This document shows, in pieces, positions 35,238-45,986 of a stretch of 64,000 nt of DNA. Every line of letters begins with the position of its first letter. Position 1 is the stretch's first letter. The translations under genes and the position numbers were made by a program. The notes below the pieces were generated by a model, which ran no database searches, was not told the origin of the DNA, and saw nothing but the letters and a program-made list of their open reading frames with translations. Source of the DNA: a virus (Duplodnaviria; Caudoviricetes); IMG/VR virus record IMGVR_UViG_3300020404_002009, positions 2,149 through 66,148 of that record. One strand, written 5' to 3'.

Positions 35238-36115
35238 TTTACTTTTTTCCAATAATCCAAATCAGCAATACCTTTTGTTTCTTCGCGTGATTGTGGTTTG
35301 AAATCTTTTTTCCAACTAGTTCCTGTCTCCTTTCTTTTGCCTTTGAAGTGGTCCATGTATAATCCTAAGACGCTATTAATGAATACATGATGTCCTCTTA
35401 CGCCACTAGCGTATCCTATGTCATTTACTTTTGCATCTTTTTCTTTTTGATATTTTTTAGAGAGAAACCAAAGCGAAGAACAGTCTGTCCATCCTGACGT
35501 AAGTTTGAATACTCCTCCGTTTATATAAAGATTTTCCCAGTCGGTGTTAAAGTTTTGTATCTCTGGATGTTTTAAATTATATCCAACAAATCCGCATTCT
35601 GGATCTTTGCCTCCGTCGTTTAGTTTTGGATTCTCTCGCCCAAGATAGGTTATTAATGTGTCTTTGGGTAACACTTGTTGTAAAAAACTTTCTGGCATGG
35701 AACGGAAACTATATGTGTCAGCATCAAGCCAAATTACATAATCATAATCAGTATTAGACTTTATTGCGTGTGTCACACAAAATACTTTGTTTGCAAATCT
35801 AACAGCATTCCACTGGAATGATCCTTTGGACGGCATAGGACCTGGCCTCCTCACCCCGTTGGGTTTTAATTCTATCTCACCATTTGCTACAGGATCGTCT
35901 TTGTGTTTATTTTTAAATTTCAATAATTCTGGCTGAACAGCATGGACATCAAGCCATTGCACTCTTGGATGTTCAAAAATATCCTGTGCCTGTGACTCAT
36001 GGTACACTGCGATTTCAGTGCCCTCCGGCCAATGTTCTAATACACTGTCTACTGCACGTTTGGCGTATTGGTTCCATGTGCCTGGCTTGTATGATGTTAT
36101 TACTTTGATCTTCAT
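35234..36115 (-). CDS. Nucleotide-diphospho-sugar transferase (GT-A, DxD)
   Basis: AVRFANKV, WLDADT, ECGFVGYN and DHFKG motifs. Confidence 0.7.
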   Translation of the reverse strand: MKIKVITSYKPGTWNQYAKRAVDSVLEHWPEGTEIAVYHESQAQDIFEHPRVQWLDVHAVQPELLKFKNKHKDDPVANGEIELKPNGVRRPGPMPSKGSFQWNAVRFANKVFCVTHAIKSNTDYDYVIWLDADTYSFRSMPESFLQQVLPKDTLITYLGRENPKLNDGGKDPECGFVGYNLKHPEIQNFNTDWENLYINGGVFKLTSGWTDCSSLWFLSKKYQKEKDAKVNDIGYASGVRGHHVFINSVLGLYMDHFKGKRKETGTSWKKDFKPQSREETKGIADLDYWKKVK

Positions 36116-36128
36116 GAAAATATTTACA

Positions 36129-37889
36129 TTACCTTGTCATGTTGTATTTTTTAATCCAATCGCTGACCATCCACGCTGGTATTAATGCCTTGCCTGCTTT
36201 TTGGCTGGCACGTACTACGTTCAGTTTGGATTCCTTGCCTGTGCGTTCATTGTAGAACTTGTTAAGTTTGTTACTTGTACTTTTTGTAAGCCAGTGTCCT
36301 ACAGGCACAGTCCATCCTGTCTTTTGTTTGTTAATAATTGCATCTGGCAGTCTACCAGCATACGCTTTCTTAATCAATATTTTTGTATCACTTTTGTCTT
36401 TTCCCATCTTGTCATCTGTGTGAATGCCAAAACAATATTTCATAAAAGTCTTGGTTGCTAAAGGGAAACGTCCCTCCATGCTGTACGCCATGCCGTATTT
36501 GTCATTTCTACTAAACATTTCTTCCGGCACCTGTGCAACACAGTCTAGTGCCATATGAGAGCCAATTGGATCATTTGGATTCCATAGTTCTCCCTCATAA
36601 CACTTTTTGAACTCTTCGAGCAGTATGTGATCGGGAACAGGATTATCTGTGAGGTTCAGTGGACGCTTGATACGGTTCAGCCAAAGTTTCAACACATCGT
36701 CCCAACTTTCTATTTTTGATTTTCCTATTTTTTTCTGTAAGAATTCTGGATTTTTCATTTTCCAATATTTTGGATATCCTGCTAATATCTCATCACCCAT
36801 ATCACCTGCTAGTGTTACTACGATTTCATTGTCTGCTAAAAACTTGTTTGTATAGCAATACATCGACATGCTAGGATTGTACACCGGCTGTTCCATGTAA
36901 TATATGCTGTCGTCCCATTTGTCGATGAATGCTTCTGGAGTGATTACCACTTCTTTATGATTGAAACTATTTTCGTTTGCTAGTATTTTGGCACAATTTG
37001 CATCACTGTTGTAGTCTTCGTCGGCTTGTACATTTGGATTCATTCTGTTCGTGAATGTATTTGCTTCACCTTTTATTTGTTTCAATTCGTATGCAACTAC
37101 ACTTGAATCTAATCCACCGCTTAAGAACACACCAATTTTTCTACGGCCAATAGCACACATCTCAACTGTCTTACGTGCCATTTTTCTAAATTCTTCTTCG
37201 CTGAAACTTTTATCTCCGATTGGTTTGATATGAACCCTATGGGTGTTTGTAATCTTTTTTTGGGCCATGTCATATACTATTGTTTCGCCTGCTAATAATT
37301 TTTTGATGCCAGTGAAGAAAGTATTACGCAGAGCATTTATACCGGTACGTGCCATAAAACTGACTGCTAGGTTATCCATCTTCCTGCTTCCCGGTACCTT
37401 GTCTAACATGCCTTTAATTTCCGATCCAAACACCAATCCTTCATCGATTTCAGCATAGTACAGAGGCTTCACGCCAGCATGGTCTCTAGACAACCAAAGT
37501 TGTTGTTTGTCTTTTTTGTAATATGCAAATCCATGCATCGAATCTATTTCGTCTATGAAATCCAGTCCAAACTTGTCGAGTCCCCAAGCCAAAAGTTCTG
37601 TGTCACATCCGGTGATACCCGCAAAGCCTTTGTTGTTATATTTTTCTTTCAATTCATAGTAGTTGAAAATTTCACCGTTGTAGACCAGAGTGTTACCTTT
37701 GGGTGTCTTCCATGGTTGTATAGAAAGTTGTGGGTTGGCCATGATGCTTAATAGATTGTGTCCCAATGTAAGTTTATGTTCCGGATCCCACCAGACCTTG
37801 TTCCCGTCTGGCCCTCTATGTTCACAGGTCTGGATAAAGTTCTGTATAAATTCTGGATTGTGTTCGGTTATTCCGTATATGCCACACAT
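36129..37889 (-). CDS. asnB: Asparagine synthase-like glutamine amidotransferase
   Basis: MCGI, HRGPD, YNGEIFN, RDHAGVKPLYY, LSGGLDS, GDE and EGRFP motifs. Confidence 0.92.
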   Translation of the reverse strand: MCGIYGITEHNPEFIQNFIQTCEHRGPDGNKVWWDPEHKLTLGHNLLSIMANPQLSIQPWKTPKGNTLVYNGEIFNYYELKEKYNNKGFAGITGCDTELLAWGLDKFGLDFIDEIDSMHGFAYYKKDKQQLWLSRDHAGVKPLYYAEIDEGLVFGSEIKGMLDKVPGSRKMDNLAVSFMARTGINALRNTFFTGIKKLLAGETIVYDMAQKKITNTHRVHIKPIGDKSFSEEEFRKMARKTVEMCAIGRRKIGVFLSGGLDSSVVAYELKQIKGEANTFTNRMNPNVQADEDYNSDANCAKILANENSFNHKEVVITPEAFIDKWDDSIYYMEQPVYNPSMSMYCYTNKFLADNEIVVTLAGDMGDEILAGYPKYWKMKNPEFLQKKIGKSKIESWDDVLKLWLNRIKRPLNLTDNPVPDHILLEEFKKCYEGELWNPNDPIGSHMALDCVAQVPEEMFSRNDKYGMAYSMEGRFPLATKTFMKYCFGIHTDDKMGKDKSDTKILIKKAYAGRLPDAIINKQKTGWTVPVGHWLTKSTSNKLNKFYNERTGKESKLNVVRASQKAGKALIPAWMVSDWIKKYNMTR

Positions 37890-38869
37890 TACAGGCCTAA
37901 CTTTGTTTTATATCTTTTGAAAACTGTGCCGTCCTTGATTTCTTTTTCGCTCCATAGTTTGTAACCTAGGTCGTGTAGCCACTGTGTCCTATCAGGATAT
38001 TCTGGAGTTTCTATATTGTTTAAATCTTTGTTTGCTACTGGCCAACTAATTGCAAGATCTGAGGTATTAAAGGTAGGGATTCCACGAACGCAGGAGTCGA
38101 CACCGGCAGTAGAATTGTGAGTAACAACAGCATGAATATTAGTTATTGCTTCTTGGAAATGGAATCTATAGTACTTTTTCTCATCTCCTTGGAAGTATTT
38201 TTGACCAATATGCACTTCTACGTCTTCGGGAAATTCTTTTCTTCGTTGTTCTATGTTTACTACATGATTTGGATGCGGCCTCACAATAAATTTCCTATCG
38301 GTTATAGGTCTTAATTTTTCATACACTCCATGAAACCATTCTATAGGATCAAGTTCGTTCATGCTCCAATTATCTTTAGGTTGTAAAACAAACATAATTG
38401 GATCATCTTGATTAGACTTTCTCCACGGTTCACTTTTCACATTCCATCTGGCCTTTGCCGCTTCCCATCTGTCAGGTGGTGAGTTATCACTTAAAAAATT
38501 TCCGTTGTTCATGGGTGAATATAAAGATACTCGCCAATGATGATTAGGTCCATGCACATTACCAAAACTTGAAAGCAATCCTCCGTCAAATGTTATTATG
38601 TATATGCCTTTTTTCTTTGCACGTTCAACGAGATCCAGTCTTCGGCCTTTGGTGTGATGCCTTTGCTTTGTGCCTCCGTAACCAAACATGCAACCGATTG
38701 GTGCTGTTGGTTCCATCTCATTGTCCTGCCACGGACCCGTCATGTGTTCGTTAACAATAACAGGTTCGTCACCACATGCTCTCACACCCTCTGCCATATA
38801 TTGTAGAAGGTCCCAACTTGCACCCCTACGTCTGTCTTTTACTGTCCTTCTAAATATTTCAACTTTCAT
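37889..38869 (-). CDS. KpsC/KpsS-like glycosyltransferase
   Basis: FVLQP.D, VRPHP and VVTHNSTAGVDSCVRGIPT motifs. Confidence 0.65.
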   Translation of the reverse strand: MKVEIFRRTVKDRRRGASWDLLQYMAEGVRACGDEPVIVNEHMTGPWQDNEMEPTAPIGCMFGYGGTKQRHHTKGRRLDLVERAKKKGIYIITFDGGLLSSFGNVHGPNHHWRVSLYSPMNNGNFLSDNSPPDRWEAAKARWNVKSEPWRKSNQDDPIMFVLQPKDNWSMNELDPIEWFHGVYEKLRPITDRKFIVRPHPNHVVNIEQRRKEFPEDVEVHIGQKYFQGDEKKYYRFHFQEAITNIHAVVTHNSTAGVDSCVRGIPTFNTSDLAISWPVANKDLNNIETPEYPDRTQWLHDLGYKLWSEKEIKDGTVFKRYKTKLGL

Positions 38870-39674
38870 CTAATACTTTCCATGCATATCCGTTTTTTAT
38901 TTCTTCTGCTGTGAACTGTCCATATGCCATTGAATGATATAATGGCTCTCTTTCAACATATTTAGGTGTTTCTATTTTTGTGAAATCAGTTTCTGATATA
39001 GGTGCACACGCATTGTGCGGGTCAGTGAAACACGGTATACCTCTTGTTGTTGCCTCCAATGTGATATTTGAATTGTACGTGACAACTGCATAAGCATCGT
39101 CCCAATCTATTGGTCCGCTAGGTTTTGTGTCGTCTTTGCCCGTCACAACATATCCCCCGTGCTTGTCGAATCCTATTATAGGATTATATCCTTTGTTTTT
39201 GACAATGATGGGTCTGTCGGTATTTGCCTTAAGTGTTTCGATCGTTTTGTCGAGCCAATTATGCACTCCAAAAAATTCTTGCATAGCATTGGATGGCGGA
39301 CACACTATTATATTTTTGCCATCTTTCTTCCATGGTTTTATAGGCCATGGGAACGAATTCTTAAAACGATCATCGGGTCTTTGCTCTTGCCAGTTTTTAA
39401 GATGATTATTTTTTACTACTTTTGTATAAAAAGGAGAGTTCCTTGTCTCTCCCCAGTAAGGTCTATCCATGTAGTAGAAATCTATTTTATTTTGCTGAGC
39501 CCATTTGTAAACTAAATGTGTGCCACGTAGGACACCGAATAGTACCACTTTGGTGCAGTCTGTTTTGCCAACTATTTCGTTAGGTAATAATTTTTGTGCA
39601 CCTGGCAAGCCTTGTACGGCCCAGTCAACATATTTTTCAGTAAGTTTTCTGTTAGTTGCACTAACGTAAATCAT
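38859..39674 (-). CDS. KpsC/KpsS-like glycosyltransferase
   Basis: YMDRPY, VCPPS and VVTYNSNITLEATTRGIP motifs; start MIYVS. Confidence 0.62.
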   Translation of the reverse strand: MIYVSATNRKLTEKYVDWAVQGLPGAQKLLPNEIVGKTDCTKVVLFGVLRGTHLVYKWAQQNKIDFYYMDRPYWGETRNSPFYTKVVKNNHLKNWQEQRPDDRFKNSFPWPIKPWKKDGKNIIVCPPSNAMQEFFGVHNWLDKTIETLKANTDRPIIVKNKGYNPIIGFDKHGGYVVTGKDDTKPSGPIDWDDAYAVVTYNSNITLEATTRGIPCFTDPHNACAPISETDFTKIETPKYVEREPLYHSMAYGQFTAEEIKNGYAWKVLDES

Positions 39675-40644
39675 GGGACAGTCTCTTGATATCTTCATTA
39701 ACCATCAAAGCAACCATGTCTCTGAATTCGGTTTTAGGTTCCCACCCTAATTTTTCTTTTGCTTTTGAATATGATCCATGCAATGCATGTACTTCCGCTG
39801 GACGTTTGAAACGTGGATCTGACTCGACGTATTGTTCCCAATCTTCTATGTCAGCAGTTCTAAAAGCATGGGTAAGTAATTCTCTGATAGAATGTTGCAC
39901 TCCTGTGCAGATTACGTAATCTCCTGGGTCCTTCTGTTGTACCATTGTGTACATTGCCTCAACAAAATCTCCAGCAAATCCCCAATCTCTTTTTGCATCA
40001 AGATTTCCTAATGTAAGTTTTTTTGATAATCCTAATTTAATTTTAGCGACTCCGTCTGTAATTTTTCTTGTTACAAATTCTTTACCTCTGATTGGCGATT
40101 CATGATTAAACAGTATTCCATTAGAAGCATGTATGCTGTAACTTTCTCGGAAGTTTACGGTCATCCAGTAAGCATAAAGTTTTGACACACCATATGGTGA
40201 ACGTGGATGGAAAGGTGTGTTTTCATCTTGAACACCTTCAATGTTTGCATTACCATACAGTTCGCTTGTACTTGCTTGATAAAATCTTGTCAGTGGATTT
40301 TGATTTACTATTGCGTTTAGGATGTTTAGGACACCCATGCCATTTACTTCACTTGTTTGTTTGTTGAGTTCCCAACTGGCACCAACAAAACTTTGTGCGG
40401 CCAAATTGTAAAATTCGTTAGGACGAATAGTTCTTACAAGATGATTCATGTTGGCATCGTCAGTGATATCACCTGTTATCAGTTCTACGTCGTTTTCTAT
40501 TCCTAGGTAATTTAAATTTGATAGATTTGGATTGCTATATCTTTTTACCAAACCATAAACTTTGTAGTCTTTTTCTAATAAATGTTTGGCTAGGTATGGA
40601 CCGTCTTGCCCGGTCATTCCTGTTACAAATGCAATCTTTTTCAT
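39661..40644 (-). CDS. gmd: GDP-mannose 4,6-dehydratase
   Basis: TGMTGQDG, NLAAQSFV, QASTSE, YGVSK, LFNHES and RDWG motifs. Confidence 0.95.
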   Translation of the reverse strand: MKKIAFVTGMTGQDGPYLAKHLLEKDYKVYGLVKRYSNPNLSNLNYLGIENDVELITGDITDDANMNHLVRTIRPNEFYNLAAQSFVGASWELNKQTSEVNGMGVLNILNAIVNQNPLTRFYQASTSELYGNANIEGVQDENTPFHPRSPYGVSKLYAYWMTVNFRESYSIHASNGILFNHESPIRGKEFVTRKITDGVAKIKLGLSKKLTLGNLDAKRDWGFAGDFVEAMYTMVQQKDPGDYVICTGVQHSIRELLTHAFRTADIEDWEQYVESDPRFKRPAEVHALHGSYSKAKEKLGWEPKTEFRDMVALMVNEDIKRLSHDLR

Positions 40645-40663
40645 TTAATTTAATTATGGTTGT

Positions 40664-41554
40664 TTATGCTCGTGGTACTTTTTTCCAATAGTCGATGTTT
40701 TGCACGTCAACTTTTGCTTTAGGATTTTGCCTAAGATCTTTTTGTGTTGATGTTTTATGGGTTTTTCTTTTGCCTTTGAAATGGTCCATGTAAAGACCTA
40801 GTTCACTATTGACGAAAACGTGATGTCCTTTAACACCTTTCCAATAACCAATATCATTTACTTTGATATTTTTCTCTTTCCTATATTGTTTTGACAAATC
40901 CCAAAACACTGCAGAATCATGCCATTCTAATAAATTGAATACATTGCCGGTGACGTACAACTGCTCCCAATCATTTATAAAATTAATAGTTTCTTTGTGT
41001 TTAAGATTGTATCCAACAAAACCACATTCCGGATACACCCCTCCATCGCCTAACGTAGGATTTTCTCTGCCAAGGTAAGTCAACATTGTGTCTGTTGGTA
41101 AAATATTTGTAAAAAAATCTATAGGTACGGGCCTGAATGTGTATGTATCTGCATCTAACCAAACAACATAATCATACTCTTGTGAATTACGTACAGCATT
41201 TATAATACAAAATACTTTATTTGAAAATCTAACAGCGTCCCATAAGAAAGATTGTTTGTCCTTGTCCAGACCTTTTAGGTGCTGTGATCTACGTACCCCG
41301 CCATCAATTTTTTCTAACTTGCCATTTGCAACAGGATCGTTTTTGTATTTGTTTTTGAAATTTACTAGTTCAGGTTCTGCAGTATTCAAATCAATACAAG
41401 TAATCCTCGTATCCACATCTGCTGGTTTTGGTTCTTCGCAGTACAAAACTATATCTATATTATTAGGAAGATTTTTTGCCATGGAATCAATTCCACGTTT
41501 TGCAAATTGACTCCAAGTTCCTGGTTTATAAGATGTTATTAGTTTTATTTTCAT
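40664..41554 (-). CDS. Nucleotide-diphospho-sugar transferase, close paralogue of 35234-36115
   Basis: ITSYKPGTW, WLDADT, YLGRENP, ECGFVGYN and GLYMDHFKGKRK motifs. Confidence 0.7.
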   Translation of the reverse strand: MKIKLITSYKPGTWSQFAKRGIDSMAKNLPNNIDIVLYCEEPKPADVDTRITCIDLNTAEPELVNFKNKYKNDPVANGKLEKIDGGVRRSQHLKGLDKDKQSFLWDAVRFSNKVFCIINAVRNSQEYDYVVWLDADTYTFRPVPIDFFTNILPTDTMLTYLGRENPTLGDGGVYPECGFVGYNLKHKETINFINDWEQLYVTGNVFNLLEWHDSAVFWDLSKQYRKEKNIKVNDIGYWKGVKGHHVFVNSELGLYMDHFKGKRKTHKTSTQKDLRQNPKAKVDVQNIDYWKKVPRA

Positions 41555-42642
41555 TAATCTAAATGTTTTATAAAGTTTGCTACATCCACTTCGAAGTTGA
41601 TCAGATCACTAAATCTTTTTACACCCTTAGGCTTCTTACCGCCGGTCATTTCTATAGGAACAGTGTTAGCAAGATATAATTCATGTTTCAATCCCAAATG
41701 GTGAGATAAAACTGGGTAAACTTTTTTGTGTACCATTTTTGGATCTTGAATCTCGATTACTTTTGTGCCCGACTTACACCATAACAGATTTACTAGACCG
41801 GCACCATGAGCCGCAACCACGTGTGTTGCCTCTGCAAATGTTTTCATCTGTTCTTTGATTGTCATATTTTCTAGTGCGACAGTTTCCCATCCTTTCAACG
41901 CTAGAACTAATTCGTTTGAGTTTACCAGTCTTCTAGTTTTTGCTCCTGGACGTAGCACTAGTATCTTACGAGAAGGTTGTATTTCTTTGAGACCATGTAA
42001 ACCCTTGAAATGACGTAGCCATGGAGCAAGGTGTGGTGTTATCACGCCGTCCTGGGTGTTGCTCATACTAGGCACTAACAAATGTTTAAATTGCCATGTT
42101 TCATTTTTAGGCATCACAACAACTTTTACATCAGGAAATAATTCTTTTAACACTTTGTCGAAGTATGGACTATGATTGGCTAAAACAAAACAGTACCTAC
42201 TAAAATTTGTTGACCATCGCTTTTCGACCAGTCTAAATTTAGAAATTACGTCGATCCATATATGCCACGGATTATTGGCACTTGCTTCGTCTATTGGTAA
42301 CCATACATAGCAATATTTTTCAGGAAATGTTTGTGTAACTGGCGGAATATCCACGTTCATATTTTCTTTCCACTCGGCCCAAAGGTTATGAGATTTTTTT
42401 GGTTTCATCCTAGATTGGTGTGTCAATGGCCATACATGTTGCGTTATCATTTTATTTTCCATTGTGATTAATAATGGACACGAATGTACTTTACAATTAT
42501 GAAATTCTGCAACAAATGTTGGTAAACTTTTAAAATTTGTGTTTACAGAATTATTATACGGCACGGTGTACTGGTATTCTTGATCAACAGTTTCCCACCT
42601 ATCTAAAAAGTACTTTAATGAGTTAATATTTTTTACTGGCAT
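41554..42642 (-). CDS. GT61-family glycosyltransferase
   Basis: NPWHIWID, RRLVN, EQMKTF, AAHGAGLVN and VIEI motifs; start MPVKN. Confidence 0.8.
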   Translation of the reverse strand: MPVKNINSLKYFLDRWETVDQEYQYTVPYNNSVNTNFKSLPTFVAEFHNCKVHSCPLLITMENKMITQHVWPLTHQSRMKPKKSHNLWAEWKENMNVDIPPVTQTFPEKYCYVWLPIDEASANNPWHIWIDVISKFRLVEKRWSTNFSRYCFVLANHSPYFDKVLKELFPDVKVVVMPKNETWQFKHLLVPSMSNTQDGVITPHLAPWLRHFKGLHGLKEIQPSRKILVLRPGAKTRRLVNSNELVLALKGWETVALENMTIKEQMKTFAEATHVVAAHGAGLVNLLWCKSGTKVIEIQDPKMVHKKVYPVLSHHLGLKHELYLANTVPIEMTGGKKPKGVKRFSDLINFEVDVANFIKHLD

Positions 42643-42671
42643 TTTGGCAATAATTAGTATATAATTATCGC

Positions 42672-43367
42672 ATGGCAATATCCAAGATGTTCATAAACGG
42701 TTGTTCGTTTCTAACCACACGTCCTCGCGACAATGTACACACTCATGCAGGCGAGCAACTAGCAAAAATGATGGACCTTGAAGTAGAAGTTAATTTGGCA
42801 AATGGCGGACGTGGTAGCAAAAGATTAATGTGGACTACAAGGACCTGGTGTGAAAAATTTCCGGATCAAGCAGAAAAATGTTTTTTCCTAATTGGATCAA
42901 GCGGCGGTAATAGATTTGATTATCCAACTAATGACGGTTATAAAAAACATAAGTTCCCCACAATGGAAACAACTTGGAAAACTTGGGATCCAAACAGAGA
43001 CAATAGCACTAGATCTTTTATGAAATATCTATTCAAGTTAGGTGCTGATATAGACCAAATGACACAGATAGAATCATTATTAACTTTACTTGACTTGCAA
43101 GATTTTTTTGAGAAGAGAAAATATCCATATCTCTTTTATAATACTCTAGCAGATGCAAAGATTACTAACAGTGATGTCCAATTGATGCATGATAGTTTAA
43201 ACAAAAAAAGATTTTTTAGGCCCGAAACAAGTCATCTAGACTTTACAGTTGCAAACAAACAAGAATGTAAAACAGGAGATCCTCATCCAAATACAGAAGG
43301 ACACACACAATGGGCAACACTGATGAAAGAATTTATAGATGCTAACAATTTACGCTCCATTCAATAA
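42672..43367 (+). CDS. SGNH hydrolase-like protein
   Basis: NGCSF, NLANGG and DPHPN motifs; TATAAT 6 nt before ATG. Confidence 0.7.
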   Translation: MAISKMFINGCSFLTTRPRDNVHTHAGEQLAKMMDLEVEVNLANGGRGSKRLMWTTRTWCEKFPDQAEKCFFLIGSSGGNRFDYPTNDGYKKHKFPTMETTWKTWDPNRDNSTRSFMKYLFKLGADIDQMTQIESLLTLLDLQDFFEKRKYPYLFYNTLADAKITNSDVQLMHDSLNKKRFFRPETSHLDFTVANKQECKTGDPHPNTEGHTQWATLMKEFIDANNLRSIQ

Positions 43368-44151
43368 TAAAAATAGCAAAGCCTGGGAAGTTTTTAACGG
43401 TGTGCAGAAGTCCTGGCCAGACCAAGTTGATGTTTTAGACAATACTAAACACAAAGAGCCAAAGGCTAATTCTATGTTTTGGGGGTTTGTTAATAACAAT
43501 TTGGACATGGTGAGAAAGTTAGAAAAACGGAAACATAATTTTTGGTTTGCGGATACCCCTTACTTTGGTAGATTTGATAATAACAATCTTCAGCCTAATA
43601 ATCATTATTGGCGTTTGTGTAACAACAGAATTCATGCAAAGTTTTACAAAGATTGTAAACCTGATAGATTTGACAAGTTCAATATAAAAATAAAAGCACC
43701 AAAATTAAAAGGCGATCATATTCTTGTCTGTCCGAGTTCTGCAGGTATACACAATTATTTGGACCAAATAAATTGGACCAATAACACTGTGGAGTCGTTA
43801 AAGCGATACACAGACAGACCAATCAAACTTCGACACAAGCCTAGGGGCAGGGGAACGTCAGGACCAAGTGAGGCAAAAGTTCCCCTATCCGAGGATCTCA
43901 AAGATGCATGGGCGTGTGTGACTAGTTGTAGTATTAGTGCCGTCGAAGCAGTATGCATGGGAGTGCCTGTGTTTAGTCATGAAAAAAGTTTTGCAAGTGC
44001 AATGGGTAATTTACATCTAGAAGATATAGAAGAACCTTTTTTCGCTGATCCAGAACCATGGCTGTATAGTTTGGCTTACCAGCAATTCACACCAGAAGAA
44101 TTTAGTAACGGTCGGGCAGTAGAGATCCTTATGGATATGCAGATATTGTAA
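43339..44151 (+). CDS. KpsC/KpsS-like glycosyltransferase, paralogue of 38859-39674
   Basis: FADTPY, VCPSS, VTSCSISAVEAVCMGVP and LAYQQFT motifs. Confidence 0.62.
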   Translation: MLTIYAPFNNKNSKAWEVFNGVQKSWPDQVDVLDNTKHKEPKANSMFWGFVNNNLDMVRKLEKRKHNFWFADTPYFGRFDNNNLQPNNHYWRLCNNRIHAKFYKDCKPDRFDKFNIKIKAPKLKGDHILVCPSSAGIHNYLDQINWTNNTVESLKRYTDRPIKLRHKPRGRGTSGPSEAKVPLSEDLKDAWACVTSCSISAVEAVCMGVPVFSHEKSFASAMGNLHLEDIEEPFFADPEPWLYSLAYQQFTPEEFSNGRAVEILMDMQIL

Positions 44152-44176
44152 CTTATTTTGCCCGTTAAATAAGTGT

Positions 44177-44443
44177 ATGCCAAAAAAAAATCACAAAGAG
44201 AGAATGCTCGAATGGATTGAGAAACTTGGACTAGTCGTAGTGCAATCTGAAATTAAACCATATGGGCCAGGCACAAGAAGGTACATGGTCGGGAGACATG
44301 TCGAAGAGCCAAAGCATAATGCATGGCAAATGCCAAGCGGTAAATGGGCATCTACACCCGGAGTTCAAGAATGGCTTACACCTCATCCGCTCACCGGTCC
44401 CGAACTAGAGGCATGGCTAACCGAACACGAAAAAAAATTATAA
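44177..44443 (+). CDS. Hypothetical protein
   Basis: TAAATA at 44166-44171 precedes ATG. Confidence 0.65.
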   Translation: MPKKNHKERMLEWIEKLGLVVVQSEIKPYGPGTRRYMVGRHVEEPKHNAWQMPSGKWASTPGVQEWLTPHPLTGPELEAWLTEHEKKL

Positions 44444-44988
44444 TGGATCAACAGCATCTAAAAAACTGGCGAGAAACCTATGCCATGGCAAAACCTTATA
44501 TTACAAAAAACACAATCGGTATTGATGTCGGATGTAGAGAGGGAGGTTTTTCGGCACAGATGGAGGATGACTTTAAGCACGTATTTGCATTTGACTTTAG
44601 GGATAAAAGAAAAGAATTTTCACGTAATGTAAAAGACAATAGAAAATTTACTTACACAGTTTGTGGTATTGGGGAAAGAGTAGGACATTCATTCACTAGT
44701 AGTGATCGTGTTGGAAGAATCAAAGATAGGGGAAATATCAAGGTACCTATTAAAACCATAGACAGTTTTGAATATGATAATGTTGGATTCATCAAGTATG
44801 ATATTGAAGGATACGAATTACGGGCAATAAAAGGAAGTGAAAAAACAATAAAAAAATATTTTCCAGTAATAATTGTAGAACAAAACAAAGGCAACATAGA
44901 TTGTGTAGAACTTTTACAAAAGTGGGGTTATGAATTGAAAGGTATAGATGACATGTTTAAAAGTGATTATCTAATGGTAAAGGCATGA
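44443..44988 (+). CDS. FkbM-family methyltransferase
   Basis: IDVGC..G, IKYDIEGYE and IIVE motifs; start MDQQH via TAATG. Confidence 0.82.
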   Translation: MDQQHLKNWRETYAMAKPYITKNTIGIDVGCREGGFSAQMEDDFKHVFAFDFRDKRKEFSRNVKDNRKFTYTVCGIGERVGHSFTSSDRVGRIKDRGNIKVPIKTIDSFEYDNVGFIKYDIEGYELRAIKGSEKTIKKYFPVIIVEQNKGNIDCVELLQKWGYELKGIDDMFKSDYLMVKA

Positions 44989-45986
44989 AGTACGCAAAGA
45001 TACCCATGCCAACATTCATAGCATTCGAGCCTATTAATCTTTGTAATGCAAAATGTTTTTGCTGTCCTTACACAACATTGAGTGAAGACAAAACATATCA
45101 CGGAAAGCGTATGACTCGAGAACAGTTGAAATTACTATTAGATGATTATGGTTCATTGATTAAAAAATATGGAATGAAAGATTATTCGTGTGGTATCAAT
45201 CCATGGAGGTACTCCGATCCATTAGTACAGCCTGATTTAGAATACATTCTTCATCTTTGTGATGAGCACAAAATACATGTTGGAATAACCACCAACGGTG
45301 TGTCTTTTACTAAAAAACAATGCGAAATACTTAATAGATATGAACATGTGATTGGACCCATACACATGAGCGTAATAGGACACACAGCAGAAGAACTTTG
45401 GGAGTTTATGAAAGTCAAAAAACAAAAAACTTTGGATGGTCTGCGTTTTGTGAAAGAAAACTATCCGGCTTTGTCACGTAGGATCCGTATTGGTATTAAG
45501 CATAAGGATCAGAGTAAGAACGCACCACAGAGCGTTATACAGGAATATAGTTCCGCAATACTTGGTAAAGTAAAAAGCAAAACTAATTGGGTTGAAAATA
45601 GAATGGGAGACGGCGACGGCAGTTGGACCAAACCTTACAATGTGGTGATTAATGAAAATAATTATATGCAAGGATGTGCAATGGGCGGTGGACGTATTTT
45701 AAGACAAATGGAAATTTTAGTCGATGGACAAGCGGTTTTGTGTTGTGATGATGCTGAAGGAAAAACTAACTATGGAAATGTGTTTGAACTGGGTATAGAA
45801 ACTGTATGGCAAAACCTACAAAAAGAACATGACATTATATACGCAACAGAGTATAATGAAGCAAAGAAGGATTTGATATGCAACACGTGTTCAAGGGGCA
45901 AGTTTATAGGACACTGGACACAACCAATGCAAGACAAGTTACACAAAAGACAGAACGGTGTCGCACTTAGGATAAAAAAGTTATGA
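44985..45986 (+). CDS. Radical SAM/SPASM protein
   Basis: CNAKCFCC and TTNG; C-terminal C...CC.D...GNV...CNTC. Confidence 0.88.
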   Translation: MKYAKIPMPTFIAFEPINLCNAKCFCCPYTTLSEDKTYHGKRMTREQLKLLLDDYGSLIKKYGMKDYSCGINPWRYSDPLVQPDLEYILHLCDEHKIHVGITTNGVSFTKKQCEILNRYEHVIGPIHMSVIGHTAEELWEFMKVKKQKTLDGLRFVKENYPALSRRIRIGIKHKDQSKNAPQSVIQEYSSAILGKVKSKTNWVENRMGDGDGSWTKPYNVVINENNYMQGCAMGGGRILRQMEILVDGQAVLCCDDAEGKTNYGNVFELGIETVWQNLQKEHDIIYATEYNEAKKDLICNTCSRGKFIGHWTQPMQDKLHKRQNGVALRIKKL

